From Candidatus Latescibacterota bacterium (GTDB taxonomy: Bacteria; Latescibacterota; UBA2968; UBA8231), in contig CBDETK010000013.1 of NCBI GenBank assembly GCA_965242865.1, positions 4,000,001 to 4,064,000 of the forward strand: 64,000 bases of DNA, written 5' to 3'. The notes below the pieces were generated by a model. That model was not told where the DNA came from and made no database searches. It worked only from the letters and a program-made list of their open reading frames with translations. Of this stretch, positions 9,278 to 19,244 are shown piece after piece (within the stretch, counting starts at the first letter, position 1; each line of letters begins with the position of its first letter). The position numbers and the translations under genes are program-made.

Positions 9278-10376
9278 CGATCGCCCGGCCGCCCAACTGG
9301 CCGACGCCTCGCAGTGGCGGCTGATGTGGATGCGCTTCCGCCGCCATCGGCTGGCCCTAGCCGGTAGTGCGGCCCTGCTCGCACTCTACGGCCTCGCAGC
9401 CCTGTGCGAATTTATCTCGCCGTACCGGCCCGACCAGCGCCACGCCCAGTACGTCCTCTGCCCGCCGCAGTCGATCCGCTTCTTCGACGGCGAGGGGCGC
9501 TTTCACTGGCGTCCCTTTGTCCACGGCGTGCGGCGAGATACGACCGCCGGCCCGTGGCAGCGCGAGTACCGCGTCAACGCCGAGGCCGTGTATCCAATCC
9601 GCTTTTTTGTGCGCGGCCCGGCCTACGAGTTTTGGGGGCTTTTCAACGCGGACTTGCACTTGTTCGGCGCGGGTAGCGGGCCGTTGTTCCTCTTTGGCAC
9701 CGACGACTTGGGCCGCGATCTCTTCAGCCGAATCATACATGGGGCGCGCATTTCGCTCACCATTGGGCTGATCGGCGTGGCCTTGACCTTTCTCATCGGC
9801 ATCCTGCTGGGGGGGGTGGCTGGTTATTACAGCGGCTGGGTCGATGTGGTGGTGCAGCGCATGATCGAGGTCCTGATGGCCGTGCCGCAACTGCCCCTGT
9901 GGATGGCCTTGAGCGCGGCCCTGCCAGCGCATTGGCCGCCGCTGCGGATTTACTTTGGCGTCACCATCATTCTCTCGCTGATGGGCTGGACCGGGTTGGC
10001 GCGGGTGGTGCGCGGCCGCTTTCTGTCGTTGCGCGACGAGGATTTTGTGGTTGCCGCCCGCCTATCGGGCACCAGCGAGTTGAAAATCATTTTCAAGCAC
10101 CTGTTGCCGTCGTTCCTCAGCCACGTGATCACGTCGGCCACCCTAGCGGTGCCGGGCATGATACTCGGCGAGACCGCGCTGAGTTTTTTGGGGATTGGGT
10201 TGCGGGCTCCGGTAGTTAGCTGGGGCGTGCTGCTGCAAAAGGCGCAGAACTTTCAGGCCGTGGCCATGGCGCCGTGGCTGTTGTTGCCCGGGCTTTTCGT
10301 GGTCGTCGCGGTCTTGGCCTTCAACGTGGTCGGCGATGGGATGCGCGACGCGGCCGATCCTTACGCTAGCCGATAG
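9270..10376 (+). CDS. ABC transporter permease (DppC/OppC-like)
   Basis: FGTDDLGRDLFSRIIHGARISL, FVVAARLSG and GDGMRDAADP. ATG at 9270 overlaps the upstream stop. Confidence 0.9.
   Translation: MSDDRPAAQLADASQWRLMWMRFRRHRLALAGSAALLALYGLAALCEFISPYRPDQRHAQYVLCPPQSIRFFDGEGRFHWRPFVHGVRRDTTAGPWQREYRVNAEAVYPIRFFVRGPAYEFWGLFNADLHLFGAGSGPLFLFGTDDLGRDLFSRIIHGARISLTIGLIGVALTFLIGILLGGVAGYYSGWVDVVVQRMIEVLMAVPQLPLWMALSAALPAHWPPLRIYFGVTIILSLMGWTGLARVVRGRFLSLRDEDFVVAARLSGTSELKIIFKHLLPSFLSHVITSATLAVPGMILGETALSFLGIGLRAPVVSWGVLLQKAQNFQAVAMAPWLLLPGLFVVVAVLAFNVVGDGMRDAADPYASR
10049..10095 (+). repeat. 47-bp exact direct repeat, copy 1 (copy 2 at 19997-20043)
   Basis: GGTTGCCGCCCGCCTATCGGGCACCAGCGAGTTGAAAATCATTTTCA is present at both sites. 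Confidence 0.85.
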
Positions 10377-10415
10377 CGGCTGGGGCCGCCCCGCCGAATG
10401 CTGTGAACAATTACA

Positions 10416-13400
10416 ATGCCGCGGATTTTCGACAACATTGAACAATCGCTCCGTCCAGCCCTAGCGGAAACCATGGGAGTTGCCGACCGGGCAGACTTCT
10501 GCGTGGGCTACTTCAACCTCCGCGGCTGGCGATCCATTGACGAATACGTCGAAAAATGGGATGGTGGAGACGGTCATTGCTGCCGTCTGCTGGTCGGCAT
10601 GCAGCGGCTGCCCCATGAAGAGCTTCGCATTGCGAGAAGTCTCTCGGCAAATGAAGAGTCGCTAGACAACCAGACGGCGTTGCAATTGAAGCGCAAGCTG
10701 GCGGAAGAGTTTCGAGAGCAACTGACGATTGGCGCACCCAACAACGCGGACGAGGCGGGCCTTCGCAGACTAGCGCGGCAGCTTGAAGCAAAGAAGGTCG
10801 TGGTCAAGCTGTTCCTCAAACACCTGCTTCACGCCACGCTCTACTTGTTGTTCCGCCCGGATCCGATCAATCCGACCGTCGGATATTTGGGCAGCAGCAA
10901 TCTCACGCAAGCGGGACTAGCTGGTCAGGGTGAACTCAACGTCGATGTGCTAGAGCACGACGCCTGTCAGAAGCTCGCTAAATGGTTTGAGGAACGGTGG
11001 AATGACCGTTGGTGCGTCGATATATCGAAAGAGCTGAGCGAAATCATCAATGAGAGTTGGGCGCGAGAGGAACCAATCCCGCCGTACCATATCTACGTTA
11101 AGATAGCCTACCATCTATCACAGGAAGCACGGGCTGGCCTAACCGAGTTTCGCATTCCCACAGACTTCGGCAACAAACTGCTCGACTTTCAGATGGCTGC
11201 GGTAAAAATCGCGGCCCATCTCCTGAACAAACGCGGCGGCGTCATTATCGGCGATGTTGTCGGGCTGGGTAAGACGCTCATGGCAACGGCTCTAGCGCGG
11301 GTATTTGAAGACGATTACGGGCTTGAGACCTTAATCATTTGCCCGAAGAATCTCGTTCCAATGTGGGAGGATTATCGCGAGCAGTACCGCATGCAGGCTC
11401 GCGTACTGTCGATCAGCCGCGTGATTAAAGAATTGCCCAACATGCGCCGTTACCGGCTGGTACTCATCGACGAGAGCCACAATCTGAGAAACCGCGAAGG
11501 CAAGAGATACCGCGCTATCCAAGAATACATCACGGAAAATGACAGCAAGTGCATCCTGCTGTCGGCGACCCCATACAACAAGACTTACCTAGATTTATCT
11601 AGCCAGCTTCGCCTATTTGTAGCCGATGATGCAGATCTCGGCGTTCGCCCGGAACGCTTGCTTAGGCAGATGGGTGAGACCGAGTTCGTGCGCCAGCACC
11701 AAGCCCCGGTTCGGTCCTTGGCAGCATTTGAAAAATCTGAATACGCCGCCGACTGGCGGGAGCTAATGCGCCTGTATCTCGTACGTCGGACTCGCAGCTT
11801 CATCCAAGACAACTATGCTGCCACAGATGAGAACAATGGGCGAAAGTATCTGACCTTTGAAGACGGTACGCGCTCCTATTTTCCAGCACGAGTCCCAAGG
11901 ACGCTTAGGTTTGATATAGATGAGCAATACGCCCGGCTGTTCGCGGACAACGTCGTTGAGGCCATAAACGGCTTGGAACTCCCGCGCTACGGTCTGGGCA
12001 ATTATGTCAAATCATCGCCGCCTACGCCTCCCACCGATACCGAAACAAAAATTCTAGACGACTTATCGCGTGCTGGTAAGCGCCTGATGGGCTTTTGCCG
12101 AACCAACCTGTTTAAGCGTCTGGAGAGCAGCGGTCATGCCTTTCTGCTGTCGGTCGAACGACACGTTCTCAGGAACTTCATTTTTCTTCACGCCATTGAT
12201 AATGACCTGCCGCTCCCCATCGGAACGATCGATGCCGGACTCTTGGATACGCAATCCTTCGACAGAGATGCTGATGAGGACGTCGGCGACTTCTTCGATG
12301 CGGAAGAGGAGGCCGATAGTGAAGGGCCCGGCGGAGCAATCGCGCTGAGGACCGAGGCCGGTTTCCGCCAGCGAGCCGCCGAGGTATATGCGCTCTATAC
12401 CAACCGCTACAAGAAGCGATTTCGCTGGTTGTCGCCACGCTACTTCGCCGCGGACCTCGGCCGTGCCCTAAAGGCCGACGCCAAGACGCTTCTCGACCTC
12501 CTAGCCCAATTCGGCGAGTGGTACGCGGCCAAGGACGCCAAGCTGGACGCGCTGGAAGAGTTGCTGAGGGCTGAACATGCGGACTGCAAAGTCTTGGTCT
12601 TTACCCAATTCGCCGACACGGTGCATTACCTAGAAAGCGAGTTGAAGGGACGCGGAGTGTCGAGCGTGACCGCTGTGACCGGGAATACGCCGGACGTGAC
12701 AAAACTCGCTTGGCGCTTCAGCCCAAGGAGCAACGAGAAAGACAGCTTTGGCCAAGAGGAACTACGCATACTGATTGCGACCGACGTGCTCAGCGAAGGG
12801 CAGAACCTGCAAGACTGCGCTGTCGTGGTGAACTACGACTTGCCGTGGGCCATTATCCGGCTGATTCAGCGAGCTGGCCGTGTTGACCGCATCGGCCAAC
12901 AGGCCGCCGAAATCCTGTGCTATTCCTTTCTCCCGGCTGATGGAATCGAACGCCTGATCGGGCTGCGGGAGCGCGTGCGGGTGCGCCTCAACCAGAACGC
13001 CGAAGTAGTAGGAACGGACGAGGCATTCTTTGAAGATGAAGACCAACAGGCCGTACTCGACCTCTACAACGAGAAGGCCGGTATTCTCGATGGCGACGAC
13101 GATACAGAAGTTGATCTCTCATCCTACGCCTACCAAATCTGGAAAAACGCAACCGATGCCGACCCATCGCTCAAAAAGAAGATTGAGGACTTGCCATCTG
13201 TAGTGTATTCCTCGAAAGCCTACCATGAACGGCTAGAGCAACCGGAAGGGGCTCTCGTTTATATGCGTACCACACAGGGGAACGATGCGTTGGCTTGGCT
13301 TGACCGCGATGGTAGCAGCGTTACCGAGAGTCAATTCGAGATTCTGCGGACGGCCGAGTGCTCGCCCGACACGCCGGCCTTACCGCGTCGCGACACCCAT

Positions 13401-13778
13401 CACGATCTGGTCAGTAAGGCCGCAGAGCACATTGCCCGCGAGGAAAAACAGGTCGGCGGCCAACTGGGGCGACCGTCTGGAGCTCGGTTCCGCACTTACG
13501 AACGCCTCAAGAACCATGCCGAACAGGTAGAAGGCACCCTGTTCGATACAGGACCTCTACGTCGGGCAATTGACGACATCTATCGCTATCCCTTGCGCCA
13601 AGCTGCGCTGGATACCCTGAACCGGCAGTTGCGTAGCGGGATTGCCGATGAGGCACTGGCCGAATTGGTCATCACGCTCAGGGACGAGGACCGACTCTGC
13701 ATCGTCCACAAAGAAGATGAACGCCAAGAACCAAGCATTATCTGCTCGCTGGGCCTTATTAAACAGGACAGGATCTAA
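10416..13778 (+). CDS. PLD-family nuclease domain fused to SNF2-like SF2 helicase (restriction-type subunit)
   Basis: N-terminal VGYF...LHATLY...GSSNLT (PLD). Helicase motifs GDVVGLGKT, DESH, SATP, TDVLSEGQNLQ and QRAGRVDRIG. Confidence 0.85.
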   Translation: MPRIFDNIEQSLRPALAETMGVADRADFCVGYFNLRGWRSIDEYVEKWDGGDGHCCRLLVGMQRLPHEELRIARSLSANEESLDNQTALQLKRKLAEEFREQLTIGAPNNADEAGLRRLARQLEAKKVVVKLFLKHLLHATLYLLFRPDPINPTVGYLGSSNLTQAGLAGQGELNVDVLEHDACQKLAKWFEERWNDRWCVDISKELSEIINESWAREEPIPPYHIYVKIAYHLSQEARAGLTEFRIPTDFGNKLLDFQMAAVKIAAHLLNKRGGVIIGDVVGLGKTLMATALARVFEDDYGLETLIICPKNLVPMWEDYREQYRMQARVLSISRVIKELPNMRRYRLVLIDESHNLRNREGKRYRAIQEYITENDSKCILLSATPYNKTYLDLSSQLRLFVADDADLGVRPERLLRQMGETEFVRQHQAPVRSLAAFEKSEYAADWRELMRLYLVRRTRSFIQDNYAATDENNGRKYLTFEDGTRSYFPARVPRTLRFDIDEQYARLFADNVVEAINGLELPRYGLGNYVKSSPPTPPTDTETKILDDLSRAGKRLMGFCRTNLFKRLESSGHAFLLSVERHVLRNFIFLHAIDNDLPLPIGTIDAGLLDTQSFDRDADEDVGDFFDAEEEADSEGPGGAIALRTEAGFRQRAAEVYALYTNRYKKRFRWLSPRYFAADLGRALKADAKTLLDLLAQFGEWYAAKDAKLDALEELLRAEHADCKVLVFTQFADTVHYLESELKGRGVSSVTAVTGNTPDVTKLAWRFSPRSNEKDSFGQEELRILIATDVLSEGQNLQDCAVVVNYDLPWAIIRLIQRAGRVDRIGQQAAEILCYSFLPADGIERLIGLRERVRVRLNQNAEVVGTDEAFFEDEDQQAVLDLYNEKAGILDGDDDTEVDLSSYAYQIWKNATDADPSLKKKIEDLPSVVYSSKAYHERLEQPEGALVYMRTTQGNDALAWLDRDGSSVTESQFEILRTAECSPDTPALPRRDTHHDLVSKAAEHIAREEKQVGGQLGRPSGARFRTYERLKNHAEQVEGTLFDTGPLRRAIDDIYRYPLRQAALDTLNRQLRSGIADEALAELVITLRDEDRLCIVHKEDERQEPSIICSLGLIKQDRI

Positions 13779-13915
13779 AGTAATTACTCAGTACTTTGTA
13801 GCGATCCATTGGGCATATTTTGTCAAATACGCTATTCATAAGTTAATTTGTTGCGGATGCGGTCCATACCCGCCTCTAAAGGCTAAAAACGAACAGTTAA
13901 TCCGGGACATTCCCA

Positions 13916-16900
13916 ATGCCCACACACCTCGACCATAAGAAAATCAGAGAATATCTAGCGAATTTCGATCTCCAATCCTTGTTTATTGAGGAGCTCGGTT
14001 GGGACCGTGGCGGCGAGAATCTGGAAGTCCCCGTCGCTAATACGAGATATGCTCTCAAACCCATTGCCCATAAGCGCGGCTTGGTGGCCTACCAGTACGT
14101 CGCTAACGCGGACGACGTCCTCCCCGATCATCCCACTCGCCAGAAGATCGAAAGAGCTGTCGCCAAAATTGTTCGCGAGCACATCATCGTGTACGCCTCG
14201 CCCGACCGGAGTACGCACTATTGGCAATGGGTGAAGCGCGAACCCGGCCAGCCTGACCGCTCGCGCTCGCATCTTTACCAAAAGGGGCAGGCGGGAGAAG
14301 CACTGATTCAGAAGTTGGAGCGGATCGTCTTCACGCTGGACGAGGAAGACGATCTGACCATCGTCGATGTGTCGGGGCGGGTGCGGGCGGCCTTCGATGT
14401 TGAGAAGGTCACAAAGAGGTTCTACGACCGCTTCAAGAAGGAACACCTCGCTTTCCTCAGCTTCATCGAAGGAATCGAGAACGTAGCCGATCGCGAGTGG
14501 TACGCCTCGTTGATGCTCAACCGGATGATGTTCATCTACTTTTTTCAGAAACGGGGCTTTCTCGATGGCGACGCGGACTATCTACAAAACCGCCTACAAA
14601 AAGTGCAGCAACAGCAGGGTAACGGAAACTTCTACGGCTTCTACCGGCTATTCCTGTTGCGGCTGTTTCACGAGGGGCTGGGACAGCCGGAGGCTGACCG
14701 CACCCCCGAATTGGCGGCCTTGCTCGGGGAGGTTCCGTATCTCAACGGCGGCCTCTTTGAAGTCCATGACCTAGAACGCGACAACCAAAACATCCACATC
14801 CCGGATGAGGCGTTCCAGAAAATTTTCGATTTCTTCGACGCCTACCAGTGGCATCTCGACGACCGGCCGCTTCGCAACGACAACGAGATCAACCCGGATG
14901 TCCTCGGTTACATCTTTGAGAAATACATCAACCAGAAGCAGATGGGGGCCTACTATACCAAGGAGGACATTACCGGGTATATCAGCCGCAACACCATCAT
15001 TCCCTTCCTGTTCGACCGGGCGAAGAAAGAGTGCTCCATCGCCTTCAAGCCCGGTGGCGGAGTGTGGCGGCTATTGGCGGACGACCCAGACCGATATTTT
15101 TACGAGGCGGTTCGCCACGGTATTACCTATGACATCCATAAAGGGAAGCCCCTTGCGGACAAGCGCGAGTTGCCGCCTGCGATAGCTGTTGGCCTGAACG
15201 ACGTGTCCAAACGCGAAACTTGGAACAAAGCGGCCCCGCCCGACTATGCTCTGCCGACCGAGACTTGGCGCGAGCACGTCGCCCGCCGCCAACGCTATGA
15301 AGAAGTCTATGCCAAGCTGGCCGCGGGCGAAGTCGCGTCAATCAACGACCTCATCACGTATAATCTGGACATCGAGAAATTCGCTCAAGACGCAATCGCG
15401 GGAAGCGAGGGGCCTGAACTCATTCGCGCCTTTTGGAAGGCGATTACTCAGGTCTCTATCCTCGATCCCACCTGCGGTTCCGGTGCCTTCTTGTTTGCCG
15501 CGCTCAACATCTTGGAGCCGATATACACGGCCTGCCTAGAGGCCATGCAGGGGTTCCTCGACGATCTGAAGCGTTCGACGCGCAAGCACCATCCTGAGAA
15601 AATGAGTGATTTCCGCAAGGTGCTGAAACAGGTCGCTAAACACGCTAGCGAACCGTATTTCACCCTCAAGTCCATCATCGTCAATAACCTGTACGGCGTG
15701 GACATTATGGAAGAGGCCGTGGAGATCTGCAAACTGCGTTTATTTTTGAAGTTGGTCGCGCAGTTGGAGAGTTACGAGCAGATCGAGCCGCTGCCCGACG
15801 TCGACTTCAACATTCGTGCCGGTAACACCCTCGTCGGCTTCACTTCGTTTGAAGAAGTAGAAAACGCGCTGAGTTTTGATCTGAGAAAACTGCCGGAACT
15901 CCCAAAGATCAAGGAACGCGCCGAAATTGCCGACCACGCCTTCCGTAAGTTCCGCGAAATGCAGACCGAACACGACATGGAAGCAGGCAAGTTTGCCGGC
16001 GCGAAAGCTGAATTGCGGAGGCGATTGAACGACCTGCGGGACGAACTGGATCAGTATTTGGCGGGTGATTACGGCGTCAAAGTGGATGACAAAAAGGGTT
16101 ACGCTACATGGCGTGACAGCCACCAGCCGTTTCACTGGTTCGTCGAGTTTTATGGGATTATGGACGACGGAGGGTTCGACGTGATTGTTGGGAATCCGCC
16201 GTATCTGGAAATACGGGAGGTTCCTTACTCAACGCGGCATTTTGCCTGTGAGGAAAGTGGTGCCATTCACGCGATGTGTACTGAACGTAGCCTCGCCCTA
16301 TCTGGGAAGAGTGGATGCATAAGTATGATAGTGCCCCTAGCCTTAGTGTCTACTCAACGCATGACTATCTTGCAGGCCATGCTGGAGAAGGACCACGATT
16401 GCTGGTACTCGAACTTTTCTTGGAGGCCTAGAAAGCTGTTTGATACAGTGAATCGCGCTTTGACCATTTTCGTGATCACAAAGCCGCAAAATAAAAAAGA
16501 CACCTATTCCACAGCTTATCTCAAATGGAACTCTGATAATAGAGGTTATTTGACTTCAACTATAAGATATGCAGAGTGTCCAAGAGGTCGAAGATCATTT
16601 TGGGCACCCAAACTTGGAGAGAGTATCGAGAACTCGATACTACAAAAATGCATCTCAATTCACACAACAATGGGGACTTTTGTTGGGCGATCTAGGAACC
16701 TTGTATATTATCGCACAACGGGCGGCCTCTATTGGAAAGTTTTTACAAATTTTGCTCCAACATTCTGTGTCAACGGAGTAGTGGGAAAGTCGTCACGAGA
16801 AACGAGTTTTTCACTTGCGAACAAAGCACATGTTAAATCTGCTGTATCAATTCTAAGCAGTGACGTATTTTGGTGGTGGTACACAGTAACATCTAACTTG

Positions 16901-17335
16901 AGAGACCTTAATCCTTCTGATTGGAGGCATTTCCCCGTACCTGAATCCGCAATGAATGATTCCAAAGTACAGCGATTGGGAATAGAATATATTGCAGACT
17001 TACAAAGGAATAGCACTATTCTCATTCGTAACCAACGAAGTACTGGCGTGACAGAAACACAATCTTTCAAAGTTCAGAAATCCAAGCCTATCATTGAAGA
17101 AATAGACAAAATTCTTGCTGCACACTACGGCTTAACTGACGAAGAACTGGACTTCATCATCAACTACGACATCAAGTATCGCATGGGACTAAAAGCCTCT
17201 TTTGAAGCAAATACAAATACCAATGGCCTCCTCGAACTAGCGGCAAAGGTCTATGAGGGACTCTCCGATGCTGACTTGGACGATATGGAAGAAATCATTC
17301 ATGACCGTCGCAACTTTTTCGGAGATAGAACCTAA
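13916..17335 (+). CDS. N6-adenine DNA methyltransferase (Eco57I-like) with C-terminal TRD and antitoxin-like tail
   Basis: YLNGGLF, GAYYT, LDPTCGSGAF (motif I), GVDI, GNPPY (motif IV); extra ~48 aa after NYDIKYRMG. Confidence 0.88.
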   Translation: MPTHLDHKKIREYLANFDLQSLFIEELGWDRGGENLEVPVANTRYALKPIAHKRGLVAYQYVANADDVLPDHPTRQKIERAVAKIVREHIIVYASPDRSTHYWQWVKREPGQPDRSRSHLYQKGQAGEALIQKLERIVFTLDEEDDLTIVDVSGRVRAAFDVEKVTKRFYDRFKKEHLAFLSFIEGIENVADREWYASLMLNRMMFIYFFQKRGFLDGDADYLQNRLQKVQQQQGNGNFYGFYRLFLLRLFHEGLGQPEADRTPELAALLGEVPYLNGGLFEVHDLERDNQNIHIPDEAFQKIFDFFDAYQWHLDDRPLRNDNEINPDVLGYIFEKYINQKQMGAYYTKEDITGYISRNTIIPFLFDRAKKECSIAFKPGGGVWRLLADDPDRYFYEAVRHGITYDIHKGKPLADKRELPPAIAVGLNDVSKRETWNKAAPPDYALPTETWREHVARRQRYEEVYAKLAAGEVASINDLITYNLDIEKFAQDAIAGSEGPELIRAFWKAITQVSILDPTCGSGAFLFAALNILEPIYTACLEAMQGFLDDLKRSTRKHHPEKMSDFRKVLKQVAKHASEPYFTLKSIIVNNLYGVDIMEEAVEICKLRLFLKLVAQLESYEQIEPLPDVDFNIRAGNTLVGFTSFEEVENALSFDLRKLPELPKIKERAEIADHAFRKFREMQTEHDMEAGKFAGAKAELRRRLNDLRDELDQYLAGDYGVKVDDKKGYATWRDSHQPFHWFVEFYGIMDDGGFDVIVGNPPYLEIREVPYSTRHFACEESGAIHAMCTERSLALSGKSGCISMIVPLALVSTQRMTILQAMLEKDHDCWYSNFSWRPRKLFDTVNRALTIFVITKPQNKKDTYSTAYLKWNSDNRGYLTSTIRYAECPRGRRSFWAPKLGESIENSILQKCISIHTTMGTFVGRSRNLVYYRTTGGLYWKVFTNFAPTFCVNGVVGKSSRETSFSLANKAHVKSAVSILSSDVFWWWYTVTSNLRDLNPSDWRHFPVPESAMNDSKVQRLGIEYIADLQRNSTILIRNQRSTGVTETQSFKVQKSKPIIEEIDKILAAHYGLTDEELDFIINYDIKYRMGLKASFEANTNTNGLLELAAKVYEGLSDADLDDMEEIIHDRRNFFGDRT

Positions 17336-17337
17336 TA

Positions 17338-17751
17338 ATGGCCCGACAAAGCGTGGTATTGGACACGGATATTCTCTCCGCAATTATGCGCCAAAATCCT
17401 GCGGTCATATCTACAGCTCAAGCCTATCTCAGAGAGCACCACCAATTCCACTTTTCCATCATTACACAGTACGAGATTCTACGTGGTCTAAAAGTAAAGG
17501 AGGCGACTCAACAGATAGCAACTTTTGAGAATTTCTGTTCGCAGAATACCATCCTCCCTCTGAGTGAAGAAGTAATCTCAAAAGCCGCTGAAATATATGC
17601 AGATCTGCGAAAACGAGGAGAACCGGTTGGGGATGCAGATATTTTGATTGCAGCTACAGCAATAGTGAACAAATTCGGGATCGCCACCAACAATGAGAAC
17701 CATTTTCAAAGAATCTCCGGGCTTCATGTAGAGAACTGGTTAAAGGTTTGA
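17338..17751 (+). CDS. vapC: PIN-domain ribonuclease toxin (VapC family)
   Basis: VLDTDILS, ITQYEILRG, DADILIAATA and TNNENHF carry the PIN acidic residues. Confidence 0.88.
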   Translation: MARQSVVLDTDILSAIMRQNPAVISTAQAYLREHHQFHFSIITQYEILRGLKVKEATQQIATFENFCSQNTILPLSEEVISKAAEIYADLRKRGEPVGDADILIAATAIVNKFGIATNNENHFQRISGLHVENWLKV

Positions 17752-17772
17752 AGCTGTCTGATGAAATCAGCA

Positions 17773-17890
17773 ATACAATTTGTCTTAGTAGCCATTCGCC
17801 GCACTAGATGCTTAAAGACACAGGGCCACAAGAGGCACAAAAGACACAAAGATACAATCTGTCTTAGCAGCCATCGCCACACTAGACGCT
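17773..17890 (+). repeat. Two imperfect ~40-bp direct repeats (17773-17812, 17852-17890) around a 39-bp CACA-periodic spacer
   Basis: ATACAATTTGTCTTAGTAGCCATTCGCCGCACTAGATGCT versus ATACAATCTGTCTTAGCAGCCATCGCCACACTAGACGCT. Confidence 0.7.
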
Positions 17891-18532
17891 ATGAATTCTG
17901 AGAACCGAATTCTTTTAAGACCCGATAATTCTTGCTATCCGACGGCGTTGCGGCGTTGTTCCGATGCTGGGCGTCTGCGAACGGTCACAGCACAAGGCGA
18001 CCTCGGCATCCTTGACAGGACCCGAATAGGCTTCTTCTGTTCTGTGCGCTGTCCGGGCGACGCAATCCTCAAGACCTACGATCTTGCGCGGATGCTGCGC
18101 CAAACTGACGTGACGATTGTCGGCGGTTTCCAGTCGCCGATGGAGAAGGAGTGTCTAGACCTGCTGTTGCGCGGCTCGGCGTCCGTGGTGGTCTGTCCGG
18201 CGCGGGGGCTTGGCCGGATGCGGGTTCCGAAAAGCTGGAAGGAGCCGCTGGCTGAGGGACGTTTGCTGATTCTGTCCTTTTTTGACGACGGCATTCGCCG
18301 CCCCACCGCCGATCTCGCAGTCAAGCGCAACGCCCATATCGCCGCGCTCGCCGACCGCATCCTTATTGCCCACGCCGAAAAGGGCGGAAAAACCGAGGCA
18401 TTGTGCAAGGAAGCACTCGCCCACGGAAAGTTAGTGTTTGCCATAGACTCGCCAGATAACGCACACCTCGTAGAACTCGGCGTTGTGCCGGTCCATGTCG
18501 AAGACTTCACATCTTTGGTTGTGGGGAAGTGA
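17891..18532 (+). CDS. DprA/Smf-like SLOG-fold protein (short form)
   Basis: YPxxL...GDLGIL, IVGGFQSPME, RNAHIAALAD, AEKGGKT and A..GK.VFA. Confidence 0.75.
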   Translation: MNSENRILLRPDNSCYPTALRRCSDAGRLRTVTAQGDLGILDRTRIGFFCSVRCPGDAILKTYDLARMLRQTDVTIVGGFQSPMEKECLDLLLRGSASVVVCPARGLGRMRVPKSWKEPLAEGRLLILSFFDDGIRRPTADLAVKRNAHIAALADRILIAHAEKGGKTEALCKEALAHGKLVFAIDSPDNAHLVELGVVPVHVEDFTSLVVGK

Positions 18533-18581
18533 ATGCGATACTTGGCGTAGTCCCAGCCTTAACCCTATTTAGGAGGGAGCC

Positions 18582-19177
18582 ATGTTGCCGATAGTTGACA
18601 TATTCTCGAAACGCCAGAAGAGACTTCAGGGGAAGGTTCCTGAAGTCTATGTTTATGACAACTTGCCCGAGCCTCTCAGGTCGGCTATCAATTCGCCAAC
18701 GGGCAGATTATCCGCATCGACTCTGAGTTCACTCATGATGAAATTGTTAAGCCTGCGCTCAAGCTGCTCAATCAACAGCAGTATGCTGGAGCACAACAGG
18801 AGTTCTTAAAAGCTCATGAACACTATCGCAAGGGAAACGCTAAAGAAGCTCTCAGCGAGTGTCTAAAAGCATTTGAAAGCGTAATGAGAGCGATTTGTGA
18901 TAAGCGAGGCTGGAGTTACAGCAATAATGCAACAGCAAAATCCTTGATCCAAGCTTGTTTCGATAACGGGCTAATTCCATCGTTTTGGCAATCGCACTAT
19001 TCGTCCCTGAGAAATCTTTTGGAGAGTAGTGTACCTACCGGACGCAACAAGCTGAGCGGGCATGGTCAAGGCACAACTCCGGTCTCCGTGCCAAGTCACC
19101 TTGTCGCGTACATGTTGCACATGACGGCATCGGCTATTGTGTTTCTGACGGAAGCTGATATGAAAGGAAAATCGTGA
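18582..19177 (+). pseudogene. Abortive-infection (AbiJ-N/Abi_C-like) protein with internal deletion and frameshift
   Basis: N-terminus IFSKRQK...YVYDNLPEPLR, then from ~18680 another frame reads VGYQFANGQIIRIDSEFTHDEIVKPAL...KAFESVMRAIC...RNKLSGHGQG to the stop at 19177. Confidence 0.7.
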
Positions 19178-19244
19178 AACTGCATGTCAATAAGAATTCC
19201 GACGCGCTCTACCCTCTTCGGAATTCAAAACCGCTTAGCCGCTT

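Noticed and set aside
17773-17890. CRISPR array
   Set aside because: Only two imperfect repeats, a low-complexity spacer and no cas genes in the window; kept only as a generic repeat.
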